Of a DNA stretch of 64,000 nt, positions 1-8,670 are shown piece by piece. This DNA comes from Candidatus Krumholzibacteriota bacterium (GTDB taxonomy: Bacteria > Krumholzibacteriota > Krumholzibacteriia > JAJRXK01). Location of the stretch: the NCBI GenBank assembly GCA_963764625.1, contig CAVXTH010000009.1, positions 1 through 64,000 on the forward strand, given 5' to 3'. Positions within the stretch are counted from its first letter, which is position 1; each line of letters opens with the position of its first letter. Under the pieces are notes generated by a model. The model ran no database searches. It saw nothing but the letters and a program-made list of their open reading frames with translations, and had not been told where the DNA came from. The position numbers were made by a program, and so were the translations under genes.

Positions 1-17
1 AAAGTCCAGTCGAAGCG

Positions 18-2450
18 ATGTCTCCGCGAGACGACTTGATCTTCGCCAACGGCACCGGCGGTTTCACGCAGGACGGTCGTGAGTACATCATCGATCTTCC
101 GCCCGGTCGCCACACCCCGGCTCCCTGGGTCAACGTCATTGCCAACTCGCGGCTGGGCACCGTGGTCAGCGAGAGCGGCAGCGCCTACACCTGGTTCGGC
201 AATGCCCAGCAATGCCGATTGACGCCGTGGAGCAACGACCCCGTCAGCGATCCAGGCGGCGAGGTCATCTACATCCGCGACGAGGCAAGCGGACGGTTCC
301 AGAGCCCGATGCCGTGGCCGCGCACCAGCGAGACGGCATATGCCTGCAGACACGGATTTGGGTACAGCGTCTTCGAGCACAACGAGGACGAGCTGGCGTC
401 GGAGTTGAAGACCTACGTGGCGGTCGACGCGCCGGTGAAGTTCCTGTCGTTGACGATCAGGAACTGTAGTGAGCGCCGCCGTACCGTCAGTGTCTTCGCC
501 TCCGTCGACCTCGTGCTCGGTGACCTCCGGCCTCGCCATGCCATGCACGTCGTGACCGAACTCGAGCCGCTGACGGGCGCGATCCTGGCCCGCAACAGCT
601 ATAACGAGGAGTTCTCCGACCTCGTGGCCTTCTTCGACTGCAGCGAGGCCACGCGCAGTATCAGTGGTGACCGCGCCGAGTGTCTGGGACGCAATGGCGA
701 CCCGTCGAACCCCGCGGCCATCCGCTTACGGAAACTGAGCGGGCGGTTGGGTCCGGGTCTGGACCCGTGCGCGGCGATGCAGGCGCGGATGGAACTGGGG
801 GCGGGAGCCGAGCGGGAGATCGTCTTCATCCTCGGCGCGGCGAACAGCAGCGAGGAGGCCACTGCACTGGTCCAGCGTTACCGGGGCGTCGGGGCGGCGC
901 GAATCGCGCTGGAGGAAGTCTGGCGGTTCTGGAAGGACACGCTTGGCGTGATGCACGCCGAGACGCCGGACGCCGGTTTGAACGTACTGATGAACGGCTG
1001 GTTGCCATACCAGGTGCTCTCGTCCCGGATGTGGGGCCGCAGCGGCTTCTACCAGTCGGGTGGGGCCTTTGGTTTCCGCGATCAGTTGCAGGACTGCATG
1101 GCCGTTCTGCATCAACTGCCCGACGTGTCCCGGCAACATCTCCTACGCAGCGCCGGGCACCAGTTTACGGAGGGGGACGTACAGCATTGGTGGCACCCCC
1201 CGAGTGGGCGCGGCGTCCGGACGATGTGCTCGGACGACTTCCTATGGTTGCCGTTCGCCGTGTCCCGCTACGTGTCCTTCACGGGCGACACCGGTGTGCT
1301 CGACGAGCGGATCCCCTTCCTGACGGGCCGCACGCTCAACCAAGGCGAGGACAGCTACTACGACCTGCCGGGCCGCTCCGACCAGACCGGGACCCTGTAT
1401 GAGCACTGCACGCGGGCAATAAGGAACGGCTTGAAGTTCGGGGTGCATGGACTCCCCTTGATGGGTAGTGGGGATTGGAACGACGGGATGAACCGAGTCG
1501 GACACCTCGGGTCGGGAGAGAGCGTGTGGCTCGGGTTCTTCCTGCACGAAGTGCTGTCGCTTTTCGTCCCCGTGGCACAGCAGCGTGGGGATACCCCGAT
1601 GGCCGGCGAGTGCCGCGTAGCCGCCGACGAACTTGCCAACCGGATCGAAGCGATGGCCTGGGACGGCCAGTGGTACCGGCGCGCCTGGTTCGACAGCGGC
1701 GAACTCCTCGGCTCGGCGAGCAACGCGGAATGCCAGATCGACTCACTGCCTCAGAGCTGGGCCACCATCGCCGGTGTCGGCGACCCCGAGCGCCGCCGGT
1801 CGGCGCTGGATGCCGTATGGCAGCAACTCGTGCGTCAGGATCTCGGAATCGTCGAGCTCCTCACCCCGCCGTTCGACCAGGCCAAGGTCGATCCCGGCTA
1901 CATCAAGGCGTACCCCCCCGGTGTGCGCGAAAACGGCGGGCAATACACCCACGGCGCGGTATGGGCGGCCCTGGCTTTCTCGCTGGCCGGGCGGAGCGAG
2001 CAGGCCGCGGCATTGGTGTCGATGCTGAATCCCATCAACCATGCGCAGGACCCGGCGTCCGTCGAACGCTACAAAGTTGAACCGTACGTGCTCGCGGCGG
2101 ATATTTACAGTCAGGCACCTCACGCCGGCCGTGGTGGCTGGACCTGGTATACCGGTGCGGCGGGGTGGTACTACCGGTTGCTGCACGAGGTCATCCTCGG
2201 GATCGAGCGCGAGGCGACCACGCTACGCTTCCGTCCCCGGGTTCCGGCTTCGTGGACCAGTTTCAAGGTGCACTACCGCTACTACCAGACCCTCTACCAT
2301 CTGGTGTACACTCAGGATGCGTCGCGCCACGGTTCGGTCCGTCTGGTACTTGACGGTCGGGCGTTGCCGGAAGGCTTCTTGAGCCTGGTCAACGACCGGC
2401 GCGAACATACCGTTGAGGTGCTCTTCGGCCCAAACGGAGGACTGAAATGA
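18..2450 (+). CDS. GH94/GH36-type glycoside phosphorylase; probably the C-terminal part of a larger cyclic beta-1,2-glucan synthase/phosphorylase (NdvB/Cgs-like) that begins before the window
   Basis: Motifs TPAPWVNVIAN, RSGFYQSGGAFGFRDQLQD, GDWNDGMNRVG, RENGGQYTH and GWTWYTGAAGW. The frame is open to the left edge of the window. Confidence 0.85.
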   Translation: MSPRDDLIFANGTGGFTQDGREYIIDLPPGRHTPAPWVNVIANSRLGTVVSESGSAYTWFGNAQQCRLTPWSNDPVSDPGGEVIYIRDEASGRFQSPMPWPRTSETAYACRHGFGYSVFEHNEDELASELKTYVAVDAPVKFLSLTIRNCSERRRTVSVFASVDLVLGDLRPRHAMHVVTELEPLTGAILARNSYNEEFSDLVAFFDCSEATRSISGDRAECLGRNGDPSNPAAIRLRKLSGRLGPGLDPCAAMQARMELGAGAEREIVFILGAANSSEEATALVQRYRGVGAARIALEEVWRFWKDTLGVMHAETPDAGLNVLMNGWLPYQVLSSRMWGRSGFYQSGGAFGFRDQLQDCMAVLHQLPDVSRQHLLRSAGHQFTEGDVQHWWHPPSGRGVRTMCSDDFLWLPFAVSRYVSFTGDTGVLDERIPFLTGRTLNQGEDSYYDLPGRSDQTGTLYEHCTRAIRNGLKFGVHGLPLMGSGDWNDGMNRVGHLGSGESVWLGFFLHEVLSLFVPVAQQRGDTPMAGECRVAADELANRIEAMAWDGQWYRRAWFDSGELLGSASNAECQIDSLPQSWATIAGVGDPERRRSALDAVWQQLVRQDLGIVELLTPPFDQAKVDPGYIKAYPPGVRENGGQYTHGAVWAALAFSLAGRSEQAAALVSMLNPINHAQDPASVERYKVEPYVLAADIYSQAPHAGRGGWTWYTGAAGWYYRLLHEVILGIEREATTLRFRPRVPASWTSFKVHYRYYQTLYHLVYTQDASRHGSVRLVLDGRALPEGFLSLVNDRREHTVEVLFGPNGGLK

Positions 2451-4285
2451 ACAGAACGCTCGGCACACTGACTCTGCTCTCCTTCACACTCATCCTCAGC
2501 GCCCCTAGCGCCTCCGCCATGACCCGGCATGGGGAGCAGGACGGGAGCGGCCTCTTCACTTTCACTGATCTTCAAGTGGGGTTGGATGGATTCGCCATGC
2601 AGGTGACTATCCCCACCCCCTCATCGTTGATCTGGGGCGACTACGACAACGACGGCAAGCTCGACATCCTGCTCGCGGGAATCTCGAGCATCGGGGCCAT
2701 CGCCCAGATCCACAGAAACAACGGCACCGGCACCTTCAACGACATCGGAGCCGGTCTGCCCGACCTGCATGACTGCTCGGTTGCCTGGGGCGATTACGAC
2801 AACGACGGCGACCTGGACATCCTGCTCGCCGGCGGTACCGGAACCGGGTTCATCGCGAGGATCTACCGCAACGACGCCGGGAGCTTCACGGACATCGCGG
2901 CGGGCCTACCCGGACTGTATGATTGCTCGGCTGCTTGGGGCGATTACGACAACGACGGCGACCTCGATCTCCTGCTCACCGGATTCACCACCGGAGGGAC
3001 GGGGTATCTCTCCGAGGTCTACCGCAACGACGCCGGCACCTTCACGAGCATCGGCGCGGGCTTGCCCGGCGTCAGCTTCTCCTCGGTTGCCTGGGGGGAT
3101 TACGACAACGACGGCGATCTCGACATCCTTCTGACGGGCGACACGGGCTCAGGGTACATCGCCCGCGTCTACCGTAACGATGGCGGGGGTACCTTCGCGG
3201 ACGCCAGTGCCGCGCTGCCCGGAGTTGCTCATTCGTCCGTTGCCTGGGGGGACTTCGATGACGACGGCGACCTGGACATCCTGCTCGCGGGTGACACGAG
3301 CTCGACCTATATCTCCCTCGTCTGCCGCAACCTCGGTGGGGGCGTCTTTGCACCCGCCGCATACCTGACGGGAGTCTCGCAAGGATCGGTCGCCTGGGGC
3401 GATTACGACAACGACGGCGACCTGGACATCCTGCTCGCGGGCGACACGGGCTCGGGGTACGTCTCCCTCGTCTACCGCAACAACGGAGACGGGACCTTCA
3501 CTGACATCGGGGCGGGCTTGCCCGGCGTGATCGACGCCTCGGTTGCCTGGGGCGATTCCGACAACGACGGGGACCTGGACATCCTGCTCATGGGATACAC
3601 GGGCTCGGCGTACCTCTCCGGGGTTTTCAGTAGCAGTGGTTCCGTGGCGAATGCACCACCGAGTCCACCGTCGAACCTCGCCGCGATCGTCGTCGGGAGC
3701 GAAGTCACACTCAGCTGGGACCCCGCGAGCGACGACACCACCCCCGCGGCGGGTCTGAGCTACAACCTGCGGGTCGGCACGACGCCCGGTGGCGGAGAAG
3801 TCCTCTCGGGCATGGCGGATGCCGCCACGGGCTATCGAAGCGTGGTGCAGCTCGGAAACACGAACCAGCGCACGAGCTGGACCCTCGATCTCCCGGCCGG
3901 TCCGGACTACTACTGGAGCGTGCAGGCGATCGACGCGGGGTTCGCGGCCTCACAGTGGGCGATGGAGATCGCCACTGGTGTCGATGACGGCGCGCCGACG
4001 CCGCGGGCGTTCGCGCTTCATGCGGCGGTGCCGAATCCCTTCAATCCGCGCACGACGATTCGCTACGACCTGCCGCGTGACTCACGGGTCCACCTGAGCG
4101 TCTACGACGTGTCGGGCCGCCTGGTGCGGACTCTGGTCGAGGGCGTGGAGGTCGCGGCGGGTCAAAGGGAAGCGGTCTGGGACGGACGCGACGAGGTCGG
4201 CCGCTCTGCGTCCTCCGGCGTCTATTTCTGTCGGCTGGAAACGGACGATTACCACACGGCGATCCGAATGACACTGCTCAAGTAG
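2447..4285 (+). CDS. Secreted FG-GAP/VCBS-repeat beta-propeller protein with FN3 domain and C-terminal FlgD-Ig/CTD-like domain
   Basis: Signal peptide (..PSASA), seven WGDYDNDGDLDILL-type repeats, FN3-like PPSPPSNL..LSW, C-terminal PNPFNP..SGVYFCRL..MTLLK. ATGA overlap with the GH94 stop. Confidence 0.9.
   Translation: MNRTLGTLTLLSFTLILSAPSASAMTRHGEQDGSGLFTFTDLQVGLDGFAMQVTIPTPSSLIWGDYDNDGKLDILLAGISSIGAIAQIHRNNGTGTFNDIGAGLPDLHDCSVAWGDYDNDGDLDILLAGGTGTGFIARIYRNDAGSFTDIAAGLPGLYDCSAAWGDYDNDGDLDLLLTGFTTGGTGYLSEVYRNDAGTFTSIGAGLPGVSFSSVAWGDYDNDGDLDILLTGDTGSGYIARVYRNDGGGTFADASAALPGVAHSSVAWGDFDDDGDLDILLAGDTSSTYISLVCRNLGGGVFAPAAYLTGVSQGSVAWGDYDNDGDLDILLAGDTGSGYVSLVYRNNGDGTFTDIGAGLPGVIDASVAWGDSDNDGDLDILLMGYTGSAYLSGVFSSSGSVANAPPSPPSNLAAIVVGSEVTLSWDPASDDTTPAAGLSYNLRVGTTPGGGEVLSGMADAATGYRSVVQLGNTNQRTSWTLDLPAGPDYYWSVQAIDAGFAASQWAMEIATGVDDGAPTPRAFALHAAVPNPFNPRTTIRYDLPRDSRVHLSVYDVSGRLVRTLVEGVEVAAGQREAVWDGRDEVGRSASSGVYFCRLETDDYHTAIRMTLLK
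2632..3590 (+). repeat. Seven intragenic FG-GAP repeat units at about 150-156 bp spacing
   Basis: Near-identical GCCTGGGGCGATTACGACAACGACGGCGACCTGGACATCCTGCTC cores near 2632, 2783, 2933, 3089, 3242, 3392 and 3545, all in frame. Confidence 0.9.
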
Positions 4286-4453
4286 AAACGGGAAGCCCAG
4301 GGAGACTGTCTGCTCCTACCCGAATCTTCATAAGACTACTGTCATCCGCGGGTAGCATGAGCGCCGTTCGGAGACTCCACTCTTGACGATACTCACCGTC
4401 CTGTATTATGGGGAGGTACCGAGCACCCTACTCCTGGAAGCAATGTTGTTCCG

Positions 4454-5221
4454 ATGGTCAAACTATCCGCAGTCATCATTACGTTCAACGAAGAGGAGAA
4501 TATTGGCCGTTGCCTCGACTCCGTGGCCGGGGTTGCTGATGAAATCGTAGTGATTGATTCCTTTTCGACCGATCGGACCAAAGAAATCTCGGAATCGCAC
4601 GGAGCCAAGTTCATCCCCCGTGAATTCACGGATTATGTCGATCAGAAGAACTTTGCCACTGCACAGGCAAGCTTTGACCATATTCTTTCACTCGATGCCG
4701 ATGAAGTCTTGTCAGAGCAATTGAAAGAGTCGATCAAACGAACGAAAGAACATTTTGCGGCGGGCGGATATACCATGAACCGTCTGACCAACTATGCCGG
4801 AACATGGATAAAGCACTGTGGATGGTATCCCGACCGAAAAATGCGCCTCTTCGACCGCCGACAGGGAAAGTGGGAGGGGCTCATCATTCATGAATCGTTT
4901 CGACCGATCGAAGGCGCCACCATCGGCCACCTTGCCGGGGATCTCTTGCATTATTCGTTCAACTCGATTGATGAGCACAAGAGACAGTCCGAACGATTCA
5001 CCACTCTGGGAGCACAAGCCGATTTTCAAAGAGGAAAGGCGGCACCGCTTTACAAACTCTGGCTCGCACCCGGCATAAAGTTTTTGCAATCCTATGTTTT
5101 GAGGCTTGGTTTTCTCGACGGGAAAACCGGATTTACCATTTGTCGGCTATCCGCATTGGCCTCGTACCACAAATACATGAAGCTCAGAGACCTCTCCCAA
5201 CAGCAGCACGACAATGCCTGA
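4454..5221 (+). CDS. Glycosyltransferase family 2 (LPS core beta-1,4-glucosyltransferase, WaaE/KdtX-like)
   Basis: LSAVIITFNEE, VIDSFSTDRT, LSLDADE, GWYPD..RLF and GFLDGKTG motifs. Confidence 0.88.
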   Translation: MVKLSAVIITFNEEENIGRCLDSVAGVADEIVVIDSFSTDRTKEISESHGAKFIPREFTDYVDQKNFATAQASFDHILSLDADEVLSEQLKESIKRTKEHFAAGGYTMNRLTNYAGTWIKHCGWYPDRKMRLFDRRQGKWEGLIIHESFRPIEGATIGHLAGDLLHYSFNSIDEHKRQSERFTTLGAQADFQRGKAAPLYKLWLAPGIKFLQSYVLRLGFLDGKTGFTICRLSALASYHKYMKLRDLSQQQHDNA

Positions 5222-6224
5222 GAGGATCTTGATCAGCCGAATCGACCGTATCGGTGATGTCATTCTGACACTGCCCATGGCCGGCGCACTGAAAGCCTGG
5301 AATCCCGACTGTGAAGTGATCTTCCTTGGACGCGACTACACCCGCGACGTCGTCGCCTTGTCGTCACACATCGATGAATTCATAAGCTGGGATTCGACAG
5401 AAGGAATGTCGAAGAACGATACGCTAGACTGGTTCAGAGAGCTGAACATCGATACCATCATTCATGTCTACCCTGAGCCGCGCATTGCCAGGCTGGCCAG
5501 AGCAACCGGTATCGCAAAGCGAATCGGGGCATCGGGACGGTACTATCATTACCTGAACTGCAATCGGATCGTTCTCCTCAGTAGAAGACGTTCAGAACTG
5601 CATGAAGCACAGTTGAATTTCAAATTGCTCAAACCGATCACCGGTCAGCCGGTCATCCCTTCCTTTGATGAGTTGATCCACTACTTCGGACTCCAGGCTC
5701 CGGTAGCGCCACTTAACAGCGAAGACAATCCGATCGACCCGAAGAGGTTCAACCTCATCCTGCACCCCAAGTCGAAAGGAAGTGCCCGTGAATGGCCGGA
5801 GGAGTCTTATAGCCAGCTCATCGAGCGGCTGCCTGCGGAAGAATTCAATGTTCTCATCACCGGTACGGCTGAAGAAGGTAAGTTGCTCGAGAACTTTCTT
5901 CGAAGAAACGCCAATAGAGTTAGCGATCTGACGGGTCGCTTTACGATGAGTGAACTCATCGCTTTCATCAATGCATGCGATGGAGTGGTCGCTGCGAGCA
6001 CGGGTCCTTTACATATCGCAGCTGCGCTCGGTAAATTGGCCATCGGTATCTATCCGCCCATCAAACCCATGCACCCGGGACGATGGGCCCCCATTGGAAA
6101 GAGAGCTCATTTTGTCGTGGCCGACAGAAAGTGCAGTGATTGTAGAGGATCGCTGAAGTGTCACTGCATGGGTGAAATCGCGCCGGAGCAGGTACGGGAC
6201 ATCATTGTCGAGAATGGCCGATAG
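5214..6224 (+). CDS. Glycosyltransferase family 9 (ADP-heptose:LPS heptosyltransferase-like)
   Basis: RIDRIGDVILTLP, LHPKSKGSAREWP and STGPLHIAAALG motifs. Overlaps the GT2 stop codon. Confidence 0.9.
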   Translation: MPERILISRIDRIGDVILTLPMAGALKAWNPDCEVIFLGRDYTRDVVALSSHIDEFISWDSTEGMSKNDTLDWFRELNIDTIIHVYPEPRIARLARATGIAKRIGASGRYYHYLNCNRIVLLSRRRSELHEAQLNFKLLKPITGQPVIPSFDELIHYFGLQAPVAPLNSEDNPIDPKRFNLILHPKSKGSAREWPEESYSQLIERLPAEEFNVLITGTAEEGKLLENFLRRNANRVSDLTGRFTMSELIAFINACDGVVAASTGPLHIAAALGKLAIGIYPPIKPMHPGRWAPIGKRAHFVVADRKCSDCRGSLKCHCMGEIAPEQVRDIIVENGR

Positions 6225-6355
6225 AACCACAAACATTGATCGTCGGCCTTGAAAGTCCTCGTATCGTAGCTCGCCATACCGTGCCGAAGGCGGATCTCAT
6301 CCGAGAATCGATGGAGTGAGGTGGGTGCGAAGGGGCAAGGGGCGCTTCCACGCCC

Positions 6356-6388
6356 AAACAGAAACCGGGGGCGTCACCGACGCCCCCG
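6356..6388 (-). terminator. Rho-independent terminator of the 6462-6941 gene
   Basis: Perfect 10-bp stem CGGGGGCGTC-acc-GACGCCCCCG (6366-6388), followed on the minus strand by GTTTCTGTTT. Confidence 0.75.
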
Positions 6389-6461
6389 AGAATCATCGAA
6401 CTCAGAAAACCGAATCCGAATCAGGACTACACTTGCAAGCTCCAAGGCTTGCAAATCCAGA

Positions 6462-6941
6462 TCAACCCTCTTTCTTCATCATCTTTGCCATCTCTTCTTT
6501 GTTCTTTTCAGCCCACGCATGGAGCTTTGCAACGACTTCCTTGTCCTTGGCCGTGATGACCATGAGATCGCCTGTCTTCGTCTCGACGTAGTCGTAGCTT
6601 GCGCCATTCGCCAGGCAAGCGCCAAGCGCCTTGCAGCTGCCGCAAAGTGTCACGTTTTCGCCGGCCTCGAGCCTCTTGTGGACAGCCATCATGTCCATGT
6701 GGGCTTTGCGGTAGGCCGGCAGGGCTTGCTCGGTGACGTTGGTGATGGACACCACGCCGCTAGCGATGGGGTACTGCTCCCAGCTCATACTCGAAAACAA
6801 CTCCTGCGGCATGCTCTTGCACATTTCACAGTGCTGCATGTCGAACCAACCAATCTCCGCCGTCTTGGCGTTGTCTCCGGCGGCGCTGACTCCGACGGCG
6901 AGCGTGAGAATGAGCGTGAGAGCGATGAGAATACGGGACAT
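6462..6941 (-). CDS. Exported hypothetical protein with two CxxC motifs (putative metal-binding)
   Basis: Signal peptide MSRILIALTLILTLAVGVSA, HCEMCK and LCGSCK motifs, Met/His-rich. GAGGAGG RBS upstream and terminator downstream. Confidence 0.75.
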   Translation of the reverse strand: MSRILIALTLILTLAVGVSAAGDNAKTAEIGWFDMQHCEMCKSMPQELFSSMSWEQYPIASGVVSITNVTEQALPAYRKAHMDMMAVHKRLEAGENVTLCGSCKALGACLANGASYDYVETKTGDLMVITAKDKEVVAKLHAWAEKNKEEMAKMMKKEG

Positions 6942-7287
6942 CTAGATCCTCCTCGAAACGGGGGATGAGTTCGACGACAAGTTGGCTTGTCGGTGGGAAT
7001 CCTAGCATTGGTGTCGCGTTCCACCAACGCCAGGGTTGGGACCCCGTGGAGCGCCCGGTCCCAAACCGGCAGAAATCTGGTCTGGGAGCCACGGATCAGC
7101 GAACATCGTCCGTATGGTGACCTCAGCCCATTGAGGATCCATGCCCCCGGATTGCCCGCCAAGAGCGCCTACAAGCTCTGATCGTGACGCACGCTCCCCA
7201 CGGAACTGTGGCCAAGAGTGGCACGATCCATGAGACTCCCAATCGATCGGATCCACCTCGAGGACTCCGGCGATTGGGAGCTTTCAC

Positions 7288-8169
7288 ATGAGTGATGAAA
7301 AGCATGAATCGAGAGATTCGACGACGATCGGTGAGGAACTGAACCAGTCCCAGGAGTATTCGCCCCCGATGCGCCAAGGGTCTTCCCGGCTACGCTATGT
7401 CGCCTGGATCGTGACCGTTCTGGTTGCAGGGTCTCTTCTCGGAACCGTTCTCGTTCTTCGTTCCTGCAGCAATCAGACCAGAGACGCCACCGAGCGCGCG
7501 GCACGGGCACTGAGCGGTGCGTTCACCAGAAATGTAACCCACGAGTTCATCACGACCGCACCCGCGCTGCACTCGGAGTCCAACCTGGAGATTGCATCGA
7601 TCACCATGCACGAGGTGTGTACCAGAACGGAGCGCGACAACACTCCGTTTTGGCCGGATTCGGAGAGAAACATCTCGCTGACTGTACCTGTCACCTATCG
7701 CTACTATGTTCCCTGGGATGACGAATGGAATATCGTCATTGATCACCATCCCGCATCACAGGACAACCGGACTCCGGCTGCAGTCGTGGTGAATGTGATC
7801 GCGCCGAGAATTCGTGCATCTCTGCCACCCGCCCCGGACACTTCCGATCTCATGATACGGCGTTACAACAACTGGATTGGGAATCTGCCCCATCGTGACT
7901 TGCTCGAGAGCGTGGTCAGAGAGTGGACGCCGGAGTTTTCCCGCAAGGCCGAATCCGAAGAGTACATAGGGTTGATTCGCGAGTTGGGGCGGCGACAGAT
8001 CAGTCTTTTCGTACGCTCGTGGGCCCGCCTTCAGGAGGGAACAAGCCCAGACGCCAAGGTATTGGTCGAAGTTCGGTTCAGGGACGAAATCGGTGAAGCT
8101 CCCACCGACCCATCGTGGCAACCTCATCAGAGCAATGAAACGAACGCAACTGGACAAGGGGAAAAATGA
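7288..8169 (+). CDS. Single-pass membrane hypothetical protein (possibly DUF4230-like)
   Basis: One N-terminal TM segment (YVAWIVTVLVAGSLLGTVLVL) followed by a soluble domain with a VPVTYRYYV beta strand. GGGAG RBS. Confidence 0.6.
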   Translation: MSDEKHESRDSTTIGEELNQSQEYSPPMRQGSSRLRYVAWIVTVLVAGSLLGTVLVLRSCSNQTRDATERAARALSGAFTRNVTHEFITTAPALHSESNLEIASITMHEVCTRTERDNTPFWPDSERNISLTVPVTYRYYVPWDDEWNIVIDHHPASQDNRTPAAVVVNVIAPRIRASLPPAPDTSDLMIRRYNNWIGNLPHRDLLESVVREWTPEFSRKAESEEYIGLIRELGRRQISLFVRSWARLQEGTSPDAKVLVEVRFRDEIGEAPTDPSWQPHQSNETNATGQGEK

Positions 8170-8474
8170 TGCTCCGAAAGCGCGATTTCGCCGGGATCAT
8201 TCTCGCGCTTGTTGCCGACGGCGTGCAAGTCAGCTCAGCCGTGGTCAGCTTTGGTTCTGCCGAATTGGCAGTGCCCCTGCAACTGCTCTTCTCGGCGTCG
8301 GTCAGTGTCCTTCTCATGTTGGTGATGGGGCCGAGTGTGCGGCTCCTTCCTTCTTCAGTGGTCGAACTCGTTCCCATGGTGAATGTTGCTCCGGGATTCA
8401 CGCTCGGAGCGCTTTGGGTCGCGTTCCACAATCGGCGCCGGGTTTCTCGCAAGGGACTGTCGAACGGAAAGTAG
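8166..8474 (+). CDS. Small hydrophobic membrane hypothetical protein
   Basis: ATGA overlap with the upstream gene, hydrophobic segments and an ELVPMVNVAPGFT motif. Confidence 0.55.
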   Translation: MMLRKRDFAGIILALVADGVQVSSAVVSFGSAELAVPLQLLFSASVSVLLMLVMGPSVRLLPSSVVELVPMVNVAPGFTLGALWVAFHNRRRVSRKGLSNGK

Positions 8475-8670
8475 ACTTGGCCCCGAAGGAGCCCATGATC
8501 AAGTGAATCAACGATTGCTCATGATCGATCTCTTGGATGGAATCCGAGACCGCTTGAAGGCGGCCGGAAGGGAAGCTCCGCCTGAAGCGAGCTGAGCGCT
8601 TGCCTCAATCCCCTACCCGTGGTACGTACGGTGGCAGGAGATCCCTTACTACCCGCCAGAGGCTCGTTCC

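Noticed and set aside
2632-3590. Regularly spaced DNA repeats resembling a CRISPR array
   Set aside because: They are in-frame FG-GAP coding repeats with about 150-bp period and wobble variation; no cas genes are present.
8515-8528. FNR/DNR-type box upstream of qNor (TTGCT-catg-ATCGA)
   Set aside because: Two mismatches in ten positions and no identifiable promoter at the right distance; too weak to call.
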